Shown here in pieces: positions 22,162 through 35,400 of a stretch of 64,000 bases of DNA. Source of the stretch: Trichoplax adhaerens. Its lineage: Eukaryota; Animalia; Placozoa. Both the position numbers and the translations under genes were made by a program. Location: NCBI RefSeq assembly GCF_000150275.1, contig NW_002060953.1, positions 543,432 to 607,431 on the forward strand. Direction: 5' to 3'. Below the pieces are notes generated by a model, which worked only from the letters and a program-made list of their open reading frames with translations, was not told where the DNA came from and ran no database searches. Every line of letters starts with the position of its first letter. The stretch's first letter is position 1.

Positions 22162-25100
22162 ATGATCGTACCAATATTCACGCTTAGGTTTAATCATAAA
22201 ATTTTCGCTGGTTTGACTACAGTTGGCCTCTATGATGGCAAACATCCTTGCTTAACGTGTGCTACCACAGCCGGAAAGGTAAATACGAGTAATTGCCTTA
22301 TTTTGAGATAACTGCAAACACTTAATCTTGTATACAAAAAGCAATATGAAATTCGAGTAATATCGACGATATTACAATGTATGATTGCCAATGGCTAAAT
22401 TATTAACAAATTTTGGATAAGGGATAGTTTTATATATGTGTAGCGATCTAGACATCAGGCAGTTGCATATAATGAAATGTATTAGTGAAGAAAGTATTCT
22501 ACCTTATGCTGTGTTATGTACCTTAGTATAAAACATACACAAAGAATGAACTCAACGAGGAGATAGTTAAGCCATTTACTAGCATCGTTGTTTGCTAGTA
22601 CATTTGATGTATGTATACTACATAATTAGCTGAAAAGGTTAATCTTTTAATGATAAATCTAAGTTTAATTATTGAGATACAATTCCAAGTTATTCCTTTG
22701 CTTAGACAATGCGTGATTATGGACTTGGCTGCTTTGATAAATTAACGCAGTTCATAAGCAGCTGTTTCTAAAATTAAATTCTGAGCCTATGACGAACTTC
22801 TAGCTTATGGTTAATAGATATTTTACCATTCTTGTCTCGCATGATTTGAATTTGTTTTGATCTAATGAAGCTGAATCGACTAAATACCTATGAATAAAGG
22901 CTACTCTATATTTAGCAGTATATACTATATTTTACTGTATTGCCTAAGTTGAATAAAAATCTTCGTTCAGTAAAAATGGGTAGTGGACTAAAGTATTCAT
23001 TATCACGTAATGTAGTAAATCTTTATCTCTTGCTGGCTATGGCTGAAGCGGTTAGCAAGTTAAGAATGCTACTCAGTAAATGATTCTACCCCAAATTTCT
23101 CAATTTGTTATAAAACTATGATTCTGTACTTGTAATTTATCATTTTGCTGTATTGTATGTGCGAATAACTCTATTGTATATTATATCGTTTTATATACGC
23201 GTATGAATGATACTTATACGCTATCACTATATCGAAATGTGTATGGCAGAATGGCATCAGTTCATGTTCGTGACTATTGGCATCTTTATTCAAAAAACAA
23301 TTCAATCTTTATCTGCTTGTGTAACACAGTTATTTATTATTATAGTTTATACTTTGCATCTAGTTGATACTCGATCTCTTAAAAGATACTATATTTGTAT
23401 TCAAGCACATTATGGCTGGTTTTCAATGTTTACTCTTTCAGTTCCCGTGTTACGATTACATCTGATTTACAATAGCTAGCTTCTAAAAGTAATTGACTAC
23501 TTATGGTCTGGCTATCTATATCAGTTCACATTGAGGGTACTTATTTGCTCTTTAATGGCTCCGTCCTATTGCAATAATTGTAGTAGCTATCGTAAGACTG
23601 CAACAACAGTTTATTAAATATTTCGGATAAGCTAAATAATATTATTACTCAAAGGAGAATTCTGAGATTCAATGCAAAAAAAAGCTGGAGTACAACTAGC
23701 GAATTCTTCATACTCTGGGCTTAAATTTTCAATTTTACTAATAATTTAGATCTGAATTAAGCAAACGAAATTAGATCTGAAGTTTACTGCTCACTGTCCA
23801 GCTAAATAATTGCATTATAATTTTCACTACTTATACATATTATATTTAAACGATCGAATTCTTCCGCATATGAGATCGTAAATAAAATTGCTCGCAACCA
23901 ATGTACATGTTCATAGTAAGTATTTCTATGAACAGTATTATTTATAAGTATTAAAATAATACAGTACTATACGTGTAGTATAACAAAGTCAGTTTGAAAC
24001 TATCAATCTATATCTAGTATACGTATCTCAGATCAATGTTGCTTTAATACCATAGTATTGCACTGTACTTTGATATATACAGTATACAGTATGTACACTT
24101 TTACAACACAGTACAGCATTATCATTACAGTAACTGCGTTGTCTACTATACTTGGGGTGCTGTGAGGTTCCGCCAGTTACGCTAACGCTACCGATATACT
24201 GTATTTTGAGAATTTTAATTTGGTAATCGTCATTCAATGCTCCCTTATATTAGTTAATAGGCAATAAATGCGTCAAATTGCTACTGTTTTTACGACACAG
24301 AATAATAGGTTATGATATTACGTCAAATTAATTGCAAATAAGAGAATATTCGTTCGCAGATAGATAACGTGTAACGTGTAATAGCCAATATCTTCTTTGG
24401 CTGTATTCGATGCAGTACTATGTAAACGCAAAAGATTACTTTACGGTAGATATTCATATTACACCTTCGTAGCGATCTAAGCTTTAATTATTCAAAGTTT
24501 TTGGCACACATCCATTTCGTTAAATAACAGACTATAAGAACGAGAAATAACCAATTTAATTTATAAAATTTTCTGTATTGAAGTTCAAAATCGATGCAGA
24601 TGATTGAAATTGGTTTATTAATGATGATAAAAAATAAATTTTGATACATATGCGATAATACTTTATGCAATGTCTAGATCAAATACAATGACTAAAGAAA
24701 TAGCATTCGTCTACATATTCCTATATCGGCATTATTAAAATATTTATATAATTATTTTGTAGTCGGTAGTATGCAATAACACCATAAAACTTCTTTTTTT
24801 AGATATTGGTTCATAATCCTCACGCAAGGTTCAATGAAGGTGGCCGTATAAGTGCTGGAACCGAATCGGACGTACATTTACTGAATATAGGACAACAAAT
24901 AACCGCTTTAACTGCTGGTGCTTTGAATTCGAATGTAAATAAAGACTTCTTAGTTGCTGGGACACAAACGAGCATTCTAGCCTATGATGTTGATCAAAAT
25001 GCAGATTTATTCTACAAGGATGTATGTTAAATAACGATTAATACAGTAGCTAGCATGGCCAGATACTTATCGAGTTAATATGATTATGATGAAAAACTTT

Positions 25101-28100
25101 AGGTAATAAATAGCATCGTTGGCTATATTTATATTTCAGGTTGCAGATGGAGTAAACGTTGCTGTTGTAGGTCAATTAGGCCAAATTGATTGTCCAATAG
25201 CAGTTGTGGGTGGTAACTGTTCTATACAAGGATTCGACTACGAGGGCAATGATTTATTTTGGACAGTAAGTAGAAGTTATTAGCTTTAAATGGATGAAAT
25301 TAATCCTATTATTATACTGAACGGCAATTGAACCGTGAACTATTTCAGGTTACAGGAGATAACGTTCGAGCAATGGCGTTATGCGACTTCACGCGAGATA
25401 ATGAGCAAGAGGTATAGTGTAGCATATGCTCTACATCCACCATCGTCTTTAACAGTCTTAATTGTTGTAAACGGGGTGTTATTTTATAATAGATATCTAA
25501 TAATTATTTTTCTTGTTGAGTTAGTATTCATGTACCTCATACTTTCCTTCACAATAGACTATAGCATTTGTAAGGCGACAAGATGATCGTAAATTAATAC
25601 ATTTCTTCTCATTTGATTTCTCCTAATACAGTTAATAGTTGGCTCCGATGACTACGATATACGTGTATTCAAGAAGGACGAATTAGTTTCAGAAATGACA
25701 GAAACAGAAGTGCGAAATACTTAATAAGTTTATTATATTATCATTATAATTATGTTTTAATGAAATTTTCCGTACAATGTGCCAATTTGTCTCTACGTTT
25801 TAATGTTTACTTTACCTAGGCTGTGACATGTCTTTGCCCTATGTCAGGTAGTAAATTTGGATATTCTCTAGCTAATGGTACTGTTGGTGTTTATGACAAA
25901 ACAACACGATACTGGAGGATTAAAGTAAGTTGATAATTAGCCTATTACATATTAATTTCTACAGAATACGCAAAAATCAGCTCTAACCTCGCAACTGTAG
26001 TAGTAGCATAATTTTTCAATTTTTTATTGATTACACTATATTGGTCTTATAGTCTAAGAATCAGGTAGTATCAATATTTAACTACGATCTTGATGGTGAT
26101 GGTGTTGTCGAGCTGATAACTGGATGGTCGAACGGAAAGGTAATCAAATTTCCTTCTTTTACTTTTAATTCTACGATCGTGAAGGTAAGTAGCTTTACTT
26201 TAAAGATTTCAGCTAACGAATCATTGCCATTTTATGCTAAAATAGGTTGATGCTCGCAATGATAGAACTGGAGAAGTTATGTTTAAAGATAATTTTCCAA
26301 GTTCGATTGCTGGAATTATAAAGGTATAACAGTACATGGATAGTTTTATAATTTCCAAGAGACAAAGCTAATCTCGTTTATTAACAGTATATGTTATATT
26401 GCTAAAAGTTCAATTTCTTATCAGGCTGATTACCGAATGGATGGGCAGCAAGAACTTATATGTTGTTCTATTAACGGAGAAGGTAAATTTAGTAATTTGT
26501 TCATAATCTAAATATTAATTGAATTGATAAAAGTAGGCATTATATGCAGCTCTATACATTAATTATACTTGATATTAAAGGCTTAGTAGTAAGACTTTTT
26601 CAATCAATATTCATGTAGTACTTACTTTAATTTATTTCTTTAAGTTCGAGGTTATTTACCTATGGAACAATCAGGTGGCACTACAGCTCCGACAACAGAA
26701 AAGGACGTATTTAGGGAGCTGAGCCTTAAAAAACAGGTCATAAATTTAGAATTAACTTACTACTGCATATATCAAATTATTAAAGTATCTAAATATTTTT
26801 GCAAAATCTTGTAACAAAAGTTAATGCTATATTGTGCACTATTGAAGATTACGTTTGTAATAAATGATAAATAGCAAAGTAGTTAAATTATATTTAAATT
26901 TTTGTCCATAGATACTTACATATATAGATAGCAAGTAATTTCCATTGCTCGATCTAACGTAAAATTTATTTGGTAACAGAATCTGTTAACTGAACTAAAA
27001 AATTATGAAAAAAATGTGAAAGCGCATAAGTTGCCTGTAGGACTAGAAAAGAGCGAGATTGATGGAACTCCAGTGGGATTAATACCAGTTCAGTAGCCTA
27101 TTGATTTCTACTGATACATTATCGCGTATTACATTGATTAGGTTGAATAAACTTCAGTTACCTAAGCATCCAATTTCATGACATCTTTTACGCCATATTA
27201 TAGGCTAACACGCAGCTGCTTGTAACCCTTGATGTTAGTCCTGGCGATGCAAATATACAGGTTGAGATAGTTACTTTCCTGATTTCCTAAATTGAGAAAA
27301 TTTATTTGAGTGTTCTCAAGATAACTATATTTTAATAACCGTATTTAATTCGCATTTCTAGCCTCACATCGTTCTTCACATATCTACCAGCAATGGTTAG
27401 CGTTTCATAATAATTACAATGGCTTTATGTACTTTTACTGTATTAGTTCATTTTATTCGCGTTATAACATTACTAAGAGTACCATTATTTTTTTTAGATA
27501 CTATCCTTCGAGCAATTATTATATTTGCTGAAGGAATATTTAAAGGCGAAAGTCATGTAGTGTAAGCTTTGATAAATATCTAGAGATTTGTGACAAGTAC
27601 AACAAGAATCGCAAATTACAGTATAGTTATGAACGAGCTATTGCAGTTTTAATATGGACATTTTATCCATTTATTTCTTCATTAGCCATCCGAGTCCTCA
27701 AAATGTAAGCAATAAGTTAGATGTTCGAATATTTCCACAAAAAGATGGCGTTGTAGATTTGCATATAAAGGCTCTAGTCGGTTACAAATCAAGGTATACG
27801 AAATGGTTTAATGAACTGTCATCAAATACAGTTCGCTAACTCTATTCTGCAATTTAATATGCTATTGTCTAGCGTTCAATTTCATACATTTGAAATGACA
27901 CGCCAAATTCCAAGATTTACCTTATATATCGTGGCTCCTGATGATACACCGGAACCCAAATCATCCGTGGTTTTTCATATCACCGAAAGAATAAATAGGG
28001 TAAGGAAGTTATGCAATGTATTTCAGTGCTGTCATCGCTTTACTATCTGTGGTCGAGGTTAAAAATGAGTGTTTATTCTGATTGTAAAATATCATTGACT

Positions 28101-29312
28101 TGGCTCTAGGTTGTTATGTGGATAAATCAAAACTTTTTATTACAAAAGGAAATTGAAGCTGAGGATGAGCTTAATGTTAAATTGATATGTTTACGAGAAA
28201 ATACTCCCTTGTTTGTGAATATGGAACCAAATCAAAATGGCAAAGTAGAATATATTATTGCTTCCCTAACTTTATGCATAATAATATTAAAGTACTACAA
28301 TCCTACTCCTTTATTTTTTTAAGATTACTATCAAAACAGATAATATGGATCTTGCTGGTGACATAATCCAGGGATTAACAACTTTTTTAGGGATCGAGGT
28401 TGGAAAAAATTAATTTAAATTGATATTAAAATATCTTTGTAGCTGATATCAATCTAATATATGTGATATATTCGAGTATGTATGAAATTATCCTTTTCAT
28501 TATAAGGACCTGCAAGTTACGGCAGATTTTCCAGATTACTTAGGATACCTACGAAGTGTCCTTGAAAAGGTAATCTTGTTGTATATGTCGTTATGTGGTA
28601 TTTCTAATTTTGTGTTATTAGGAGTATGGTTGAAACAAAGTATTACTTCATAATTACTACATTATACTATAATAACTAGGTTGATGAATATCACTCGACA
28701 AGTGAGAAGCTTACTGCAGAAATGGCTGATCATTCAAATCTCATTCGAAGTTTAATAGTTAGAGCCGAAGATGCTCGTATAATGGGCGATATGTACGTAC
28801 TATAGTAATTTCAAAAATCTTGTAGATGGTTCCCTAAGCTAATTCATTACTAAAAGGCTGTAAAATTCTGAATACTGAGATCAATTTATCCAATGCCATC
28901 CCTACTTAGGCTGAACATGAAAAGAGGCTACATGGAACTAAATACCGTCAATCGCGATCTGATAAGCCAATATAGCATTCGATGTAATAATCATACGGAG
29001 CTGTTATCTAATTTAAAGATTGTTAATCAAACTATACAGAAAGCGGGAAGGCTAAGAGGTAATATTGCTGCAGTGGAATGATTTAGTGAACAATTATAAT
29101 TAGTAGTGTTTATCAAGTATGCCTTGTTTGTGGAAGTATACGCGTATTACTTGTTACGATATCATTCAAAAGCGCGACAGTAATTTTCTACTATTATCTT
29201 CTCTTACAAAGTTGGCAAATCTAAAACCCAAGTCATAGCAGCATGCAGAGCCGCAATTAAATCCAATAATATTAGCAGCCTGTTCAAGATTATTAAAGCT
29301 GGTTCATCGTAG
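22162..29312 (+). CDS. BBS2: Bardet-Biedl syndrome 2 protein (BBSome core subunit)
   Basis: [14 protein letters not shown]...[16 protein letters not shown]|[124 protein letters not shown] and [24 protein letters not shown]. First intron is 2.5 kb (22279-24802). Stop TAG at 29310-29312. Confidence 0.97.
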
Positions 29313-30084
29313 TTATGTGGGGTGTTGAATAACTCTAATTTGAAAGACAAGCGTACCATTTGTAGGCAGATCCTGTACTAGTATATTTGACTCACATCCT
29401 GCATAAGATTCGACCATGAAAGTCGTAGACTAATTCGCTTTGCTATTCGATTAAGACAGATTGTACAATCCTAACGGTGATTGTCTTGATTTACGGTCAA
29501 TTTACTAATTTAGACTTGATTTTGATGCATGCAATCTTATGCATTTGGATATATGCGGTGCGAACATGTGTTTTACGTCTTCCAATGTCGTTCTGATAGT
29601 TCATGGTGTTCGTCTCTACTCAAATGGTAATTCCTGTGTAGTTGTTTTCAATAACTTTTTCTTTTTTCTATGCTAACTATAACTGTACATGCTTCAGATT
29701 TACGCAGTTGAGTTTCGGTTATTTTAACCACGCTGATTCATTCGTATAATCTGACATTACAGTATACTGTATAGCATAATGATAATAATAATTATTAATA
29801 CGATATCACTACTTGAGCAAATTTGACCACGAAAGCTACAGCCATAGGCTATCGAAGTATACTATATCTGTTTAGGCGCTTTTAGCAGTCTATGCTTGTA
29901 GTATTCGATTTCTATTACGTATGCGTACTTTATCATTATAGACTATAATTGCATCCGTAATTTCTATCTGCAATGTATAAAACTACTATCCAAAGTATCC
30001 GTACTGACTGTGAGTTAGAATTATCGACATTTTTAAAGGTTCTATTGTAAAATACATGTACCGTGTACGCGTATGCGTACAGTT

Positions 30085-30472
30085 ATTGAGTGAATTAACA
30101 ATAATTATGAATAAATCATAATATCATGTGCATTCGAAATACTTTATACAATCTTCAAGATGAGGTAATAACGCTGTCGTGGACGACTGTAAAGTCGTGA
30201 TAGAGTAAATTAATAATAGTTATGAAAACAGTCAGTCAAGATATCGTGTGCATTCGATATACTTTATACAATCTTCAATTTCATGGAGGCAAAAGGATAT
30301 GAGATGAGATAATAACGTTGTCGTGGACGACTGTAAAATCACTATTGAGTGAATTAGTAATAGTTATGAAAACAGTCAGTCAAGATATCGTGTGCATTCG
30401 AAATACTTTATACAATCTTCAATTTCATGGAGGCAAAAAGGATAAGATGGGGGGGGGGGGGGTAACAACGCT
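30085..30472. repeat. Three-copy ~120-145 bp tandem repeat ending in a G14 run
   Basis: TGTGCATTCGAWATACTTTATACAATCTTCAA occurs three times and TGTCGTGGACGACTGTAAA twice. G14 run at 30449-30462. Confidence 0.9.
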
Positions 30473-30691
30473 TCTGTAAGTGTACATTATGTACCGTACA
30501 TTGAGTGTACTGTACAGTGTACAGCGCGATTAACTTCGGTGGCACTAAGGAAAGTAAACTGTGTAGGCAAAATCAAGCCCAAAGTAGATAAAAATCTTAT
30601 AGATATCGATTTTGAACAGGAGTGTTGACAAATTGCAACTTTTAATTTTCGACGCCATCTTGCCATCGAAGTTAATTCATGGCGTTGTTGT

Positions 30692-31153
30692 ACAATGTAC
30701 AGTACTGAGCAGTACAGTACACTGAGTATAGTGAACACTGTGAGTACTGTACTGTAGTCAGTGTACAGTACGTACTGTACTGTACTGTAGATAGAATTTT
30801 ACAATGTACAGTACAGTACAGTACAGTACTGAGCAGTACAGTACTGTACACTGAGTACAGTACAGTACTGTACAGTACTGTATAGTGAACACTGTGACGA
30901 CAGTACAGTACTGTATACTGTACTATACACTGTACTGTACTGTACAGTGTACAGTACTGTACTAGCGGACAGTGTAGTCAGTGTACAGTACGTACTGTAG
31001 ATAGAACTTTACAATGTACAGTACTGAGCAGTACAGTACACTGAGTATAGCGAACACTGTGACGACAGTACAGTATACAGTACGCTGTACTGTACTGTAC
31101 TAGCGGACAGTGTAGTCAGTGTACAGTACGTACTGTAGATAAAACTTTACAAT
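30692..31153. repeat. Three-copy tandem repeat inflated by CAGTA/CTGTA pentamers
   Basis: The unit ACAATGTA..CTGAGCAGTACAGTA..CACTGAGTA..GAACACTGTGA..GTCAGTGTACAGTACGTACTGTA..GATARAAYTTTACAAT starts at ~30692, ~30801 and ~31011. Copies differ mainly in the number of pentamers. Confidence 0.9.
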
Positions 31154-31159
31154 CAGATG

Positions 31160-31291
31160 TTTAAAATACGCGCCCACCAATCAGAGAAGATCACTGAAAG
31201 CGAACTACCAATAACAATGAAGCTCGTTTGGCGGTATTTTTAAGTGGGATAACGGCCAAATCTGTCAATGAAAAAAAATTTGCACGCCAAT
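31160..31291. promoter_or_regulatory. Cell-cycle (E2F/CHR/NF-Y/Myb-site) type promoter upstream of Myb
   Basis: TTTAAA 31160-65 next to CGCGCCC 31169-75. CCAAT at 31177, 31208 (31 bp apart) and 31287. TTTGGCGG 31227-34, then a 4-nt spacer and CHR-like TTTAAG. Myb site TAACGG at 31250-55. Confidence 0.6.
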
Positions 31292-32059
31292 TCAGAAAAA
31301 TAAGAGGTTGTAGTCGCTTCGTTTTGTTGCTATGGCGGAATCGGAGTCAAGACGAAAATATCAACACCAAACAGTTGGCATTCTTCTGACATTCATTTAG
31401 CCAAAGTTCTATAGAGTCTGTCTATGGTGTATGCCGTAATCAACAGTTTAATACTTGTATTTATTGTCGATATTAGTACTGTATCAATGAAAGTTGAGGA
31501 AAATTGACGCAGTAAAGTTGGAAAGCTCGGTTATTGAATCGCTGCGTTTTTACTGTATAGTTATGATTACAGGCAATGATTTAAGAGGAAAAAAAAATGA
31601 AGGATACAGTACCCTGAGCTTTGTCTCTATTCGTATTCAATGATTATTCTCCAATGCTCACTGCTTATATAAAATAAAATTAAAATGGAGCAGGATGATT
31701 AGACATGCCATTTTCATATTTTGATACTCATTGAAACGAGATAGTCCAAACTCCCACCATGTACTTTATCGAAATAGTCAAATACTGTACAGTAGTATGC
31801 CTGGAATTATTTTTCTGACGTTTAGTAATAGAAGGTAAAGAGAGATGGCATAAAATGGAGCTGATCGTTTAGCTAAGTAAAAGTAATTTATCAAAAGCTA
31901 CTAAAAAAAATGTTATTCTGGCATTTTTTTACTCGCTCCTAGTATCCATTTATTAACTACAAGCCCCTGCTACAATACTGTACAGTAATTTTGCGCTTTG
32001 AAGAAATGCTGCAGTCAAGCTGTTGCCTATTGCTTCAGTGTTTTCAACACTTTGAGCAA

Positions 32060-32280
32060 GTCAATCTGCGTCACATGAGTGTGCATGAGTGGAACGCGCT
32101 GACGTGCTCATCTATTGTCCGATACGAGTGTACGTACGACGGTACAACGTACGCGCTTGAGCTGACGCTAGGCCTACTGTCTTGTGGTCATTACACACCA
32201 TCGCACCAGTGGTTCCCCTCCATTTTCTCTTGGCTCTCTTACTACCTGGTGTGCTCGACGCGGTACGCGCCATTTTCACT
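32060..32280 (+). promoter_or_regulatory. Second, CpG-rich proximal Myb promoter with CRE/ATF half-sites, E-box and YY1 motif
   Basis: TGCGTCA 32067, GTCACATGAG 32070, TGACGTG 32100, TGACGC 32163 and CGCCATTTT 32268, directly upstream of the candidate first coding exon. Confidence 0.5.
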
Positions 32281-32432
32281 ACACTGTAGTCATTTCTCTA
32301 TCAATTTGAGACATCGATTGCGTCTAAGAACTTTTTGCTTGCCTCTTGCGTAATCTTCTCTTCCTACACTGGACTTCCTTTGAATAATTTGCATTTACTT
32401 TATTCCTACTTATCCTAGTTAATCTCTTTGCT

Positions 32433-35400
32433 ATGGATACTCTTCATTCCCTTGGGTAAGTTGAAAGTCAATCATGACCTAATCTTGTCTCTCTCTATTT
32501 TTTTTTTCCAATTCAAAAATCCCATTTTTCACTGTCTCTCCATCGACTCAGTAAGCTCCTTGAGATAGCATGCATAATGCGTTGTAGTAGCTCAGTGAAA
32601 AAATGGCGTTTTGAAATTGGAACATAGACAATGTTATTTCTAATGATTGCGCCTATTTTACCCACATCATATTGTTAAACTGCAACTTGTTAGTGTCAAA
32701 AAGAATAGTCTATTTCTTCTTCTTTCCTTGACTTGACTTTTCATGGTCAAGGATGTTCTTTCAATCAAGGTGTGACTAATTGGACAGGGATCAAACAATT
32801 TTATTCCACTCCTTGTCTTTCACTAGCTTACACATTGTGGGTGCTCTATGGTATAGCAATGCTCTTTCCTTCAAAGCGAAATTAAAATGCTCTTACATTT
32901 TTATTCGCTCCTTGACATTCAGTGATGTATTTGTTAAAAATGACGAGTTGATGAATAAACAGCGAGCGGACTAACAACCAAGTTAGTTCATAGCTCATAC
33001 CGTGATAAGTCAGTGTCAACATATTCACCCGCTGTAGAAATTTTTGAGTTATCGTATCCTTTACCCTGCCTTGCAAAGAGTAAAACTGATTCGATCATTT
33101 CATTGGCAGCAATTTAGTCCTGAAATTGAACATGTCATCATTCAACACATTACTGATGCAGTGATCAGTATTTTCTTCCATCCGGTTCTTTAAACACATT
33201 ATTATTGGAAGTTTTATTTATTTCATGACCGGTACTGCAGCTCAGACCATGGACGAGTTTCTGAAATTGACCATGTGATCATCAACATAGTATAGGGTTG
33301 TCACTATTTTCTTCCATCTTATTCCATTCCATTACTATGGATCAATTTACAGCATTTCATTGATGACGATGATGTGGTCATCAGCCTTTCCTCCCATCTA
33401 GCCATCTTTCTCATGCTAGAGATGATCAGTTTATTTTCTTCCTAGTATTTCCTCTCATACAGGGCTATAGTTATTCCTAAAATTGATCACTTGATCATCT
33501 TTTAATGGACGTAGTAGTTATGGCAGGGATTTTCTAAAAATCGAAAAAGAAATCTTAGAATTTGATTTTTCAAAGTCCTTGAGAGTATTCACAGAATCTA
33601 CACTATCGATTTCATATGAAGGCCATGCGGTGGGAGCACTCTATTTTGGATAATTCCGATCTTATTTGATATTCATAATGACTGATCTTTACTCATCATT
33701 CACTCTTCATGCAACCATCCAAGATTTTTACCATGCTTATGTAGCGAAATGTTGACCTGTAGTTTGCTCAATTTTAATCCTACTCCATAGTACGGTTGCG
33801 GGTCATCTCTGAAACTTTCTGATGTTGCTAAATAAAAATAGATCGCCATGTTAATAGTGTGCTAGAAGAAAATGCGATAGTTATTTTAGAATGAGCACAA
33901 TCCCTTGTAGTTTTTGACATTTGGTTCGCACTTGAATTCTCATTTTGTTGATCAACTGACAAAGTGTTAAAATTACTAATTTTGTGGAGTTGTTTGCACC
34001 GACTATGCACCGCCAATTCTTGATGATATTTCCCAATGATTTTATAATTATGCAACCGCTCCTGCAAAATGCTTACCATGATTTTTGTTACACTAGTTTG
34101 CTGACAAGCATACTCTTCGACATATAATATAGTCAATATCAATATTTTATGACAATGTCTGTGCTTGCCCAGAATTTACGTATCTGAAGGATGTATAATT
34201 GCCAACTAATTTCCCTTGATATGATAGTAATAGATATGATTTGCGTAAATCATTAAATAGAACTTTCTTAGATACAGCTCTATTAACGTTTCTAATAATA
34301 CTCTGCAGAAATTTCGATCGGAAAATGACTGTAGAATTGGAATCGAAGACGATAAACAAAAGTTGATGCTGATATGTTTACCTTGCGAGCATAAATGTGT
34401 ATTGAACAGCTTTCTCAATATAATATAGCGCAGTCGATCTACCTCGCCATTAGCCTTATCGCTTGTCCTGTATACTGTACGATGCTACGTTGATCACCAT
34501 TTTTGATCACGTATAACACAGTTACATGAAAAGATAATTATAATAATTGTTATCTACATTCTTATACGCGTATCGATAGTGCAACAGTATACGAATACGT
34601 CATTAAATCTTTCTTTACTGTATGTACCAAAGCCAATACTAACGCCATTTTGGGGGTTTTTATCATGTTTAGAAGTAGCTGTGGCAGTGGAGACGAAGAT
34701 GATGACGATGGCACGTTTAATTCGTCTGCTTCATTACCCGATGACTCGTGTCGCAAGAAGTGCAAGAATAAGACGCGATGGACTAAAGAAGAAGTAAGTC
34801 CGCCTTATGTATTAAATTAATTATACTTAAATAAAGTATACTAATAGAGTTGATTACTAATACAGAATTGTAACTTGGAGTCAGCTTGTATCTCGATATC
34901 ATAGAGGGAAACAGATACATGCTGCATAACGATTGTTTGCTTACTCGTATTCCATCTTGATCATATGCATTCTTATTCGTATTTATTTTTAAGAATTCTG
35001 GTTTGTTTCACCAATGACAACAAATTTATAGATTCTGTAACGTAATCAGCTTTCAATCGTATTTTTGCTTCCATAAATGTCACTCTAAATTATAATACTA
35101 ATGCTAAAGGATGAAAAGTTGAAACGATACGTTCACGTACATAAAGACAATTGGCGATCTGTGGCTGATAATTTTACTGATAGATCGGAATTGCAATGTC
35201 AGCATCGCTGGCAAAAAGTTCTTAATCCTGAACTTATTAAAGGACCATGGACGAAGGAAGTAAGCATACGCTCGTATATATTACTTGCAGCAAGTTTAAG
35301 AATATTGATAATAATTTTGTAAACTGCTACAGTGACATACTATAGTAACTCACTTTCATACTCTCATTAGGAAGACGAAAAGATCGTACAACTTGTACAT

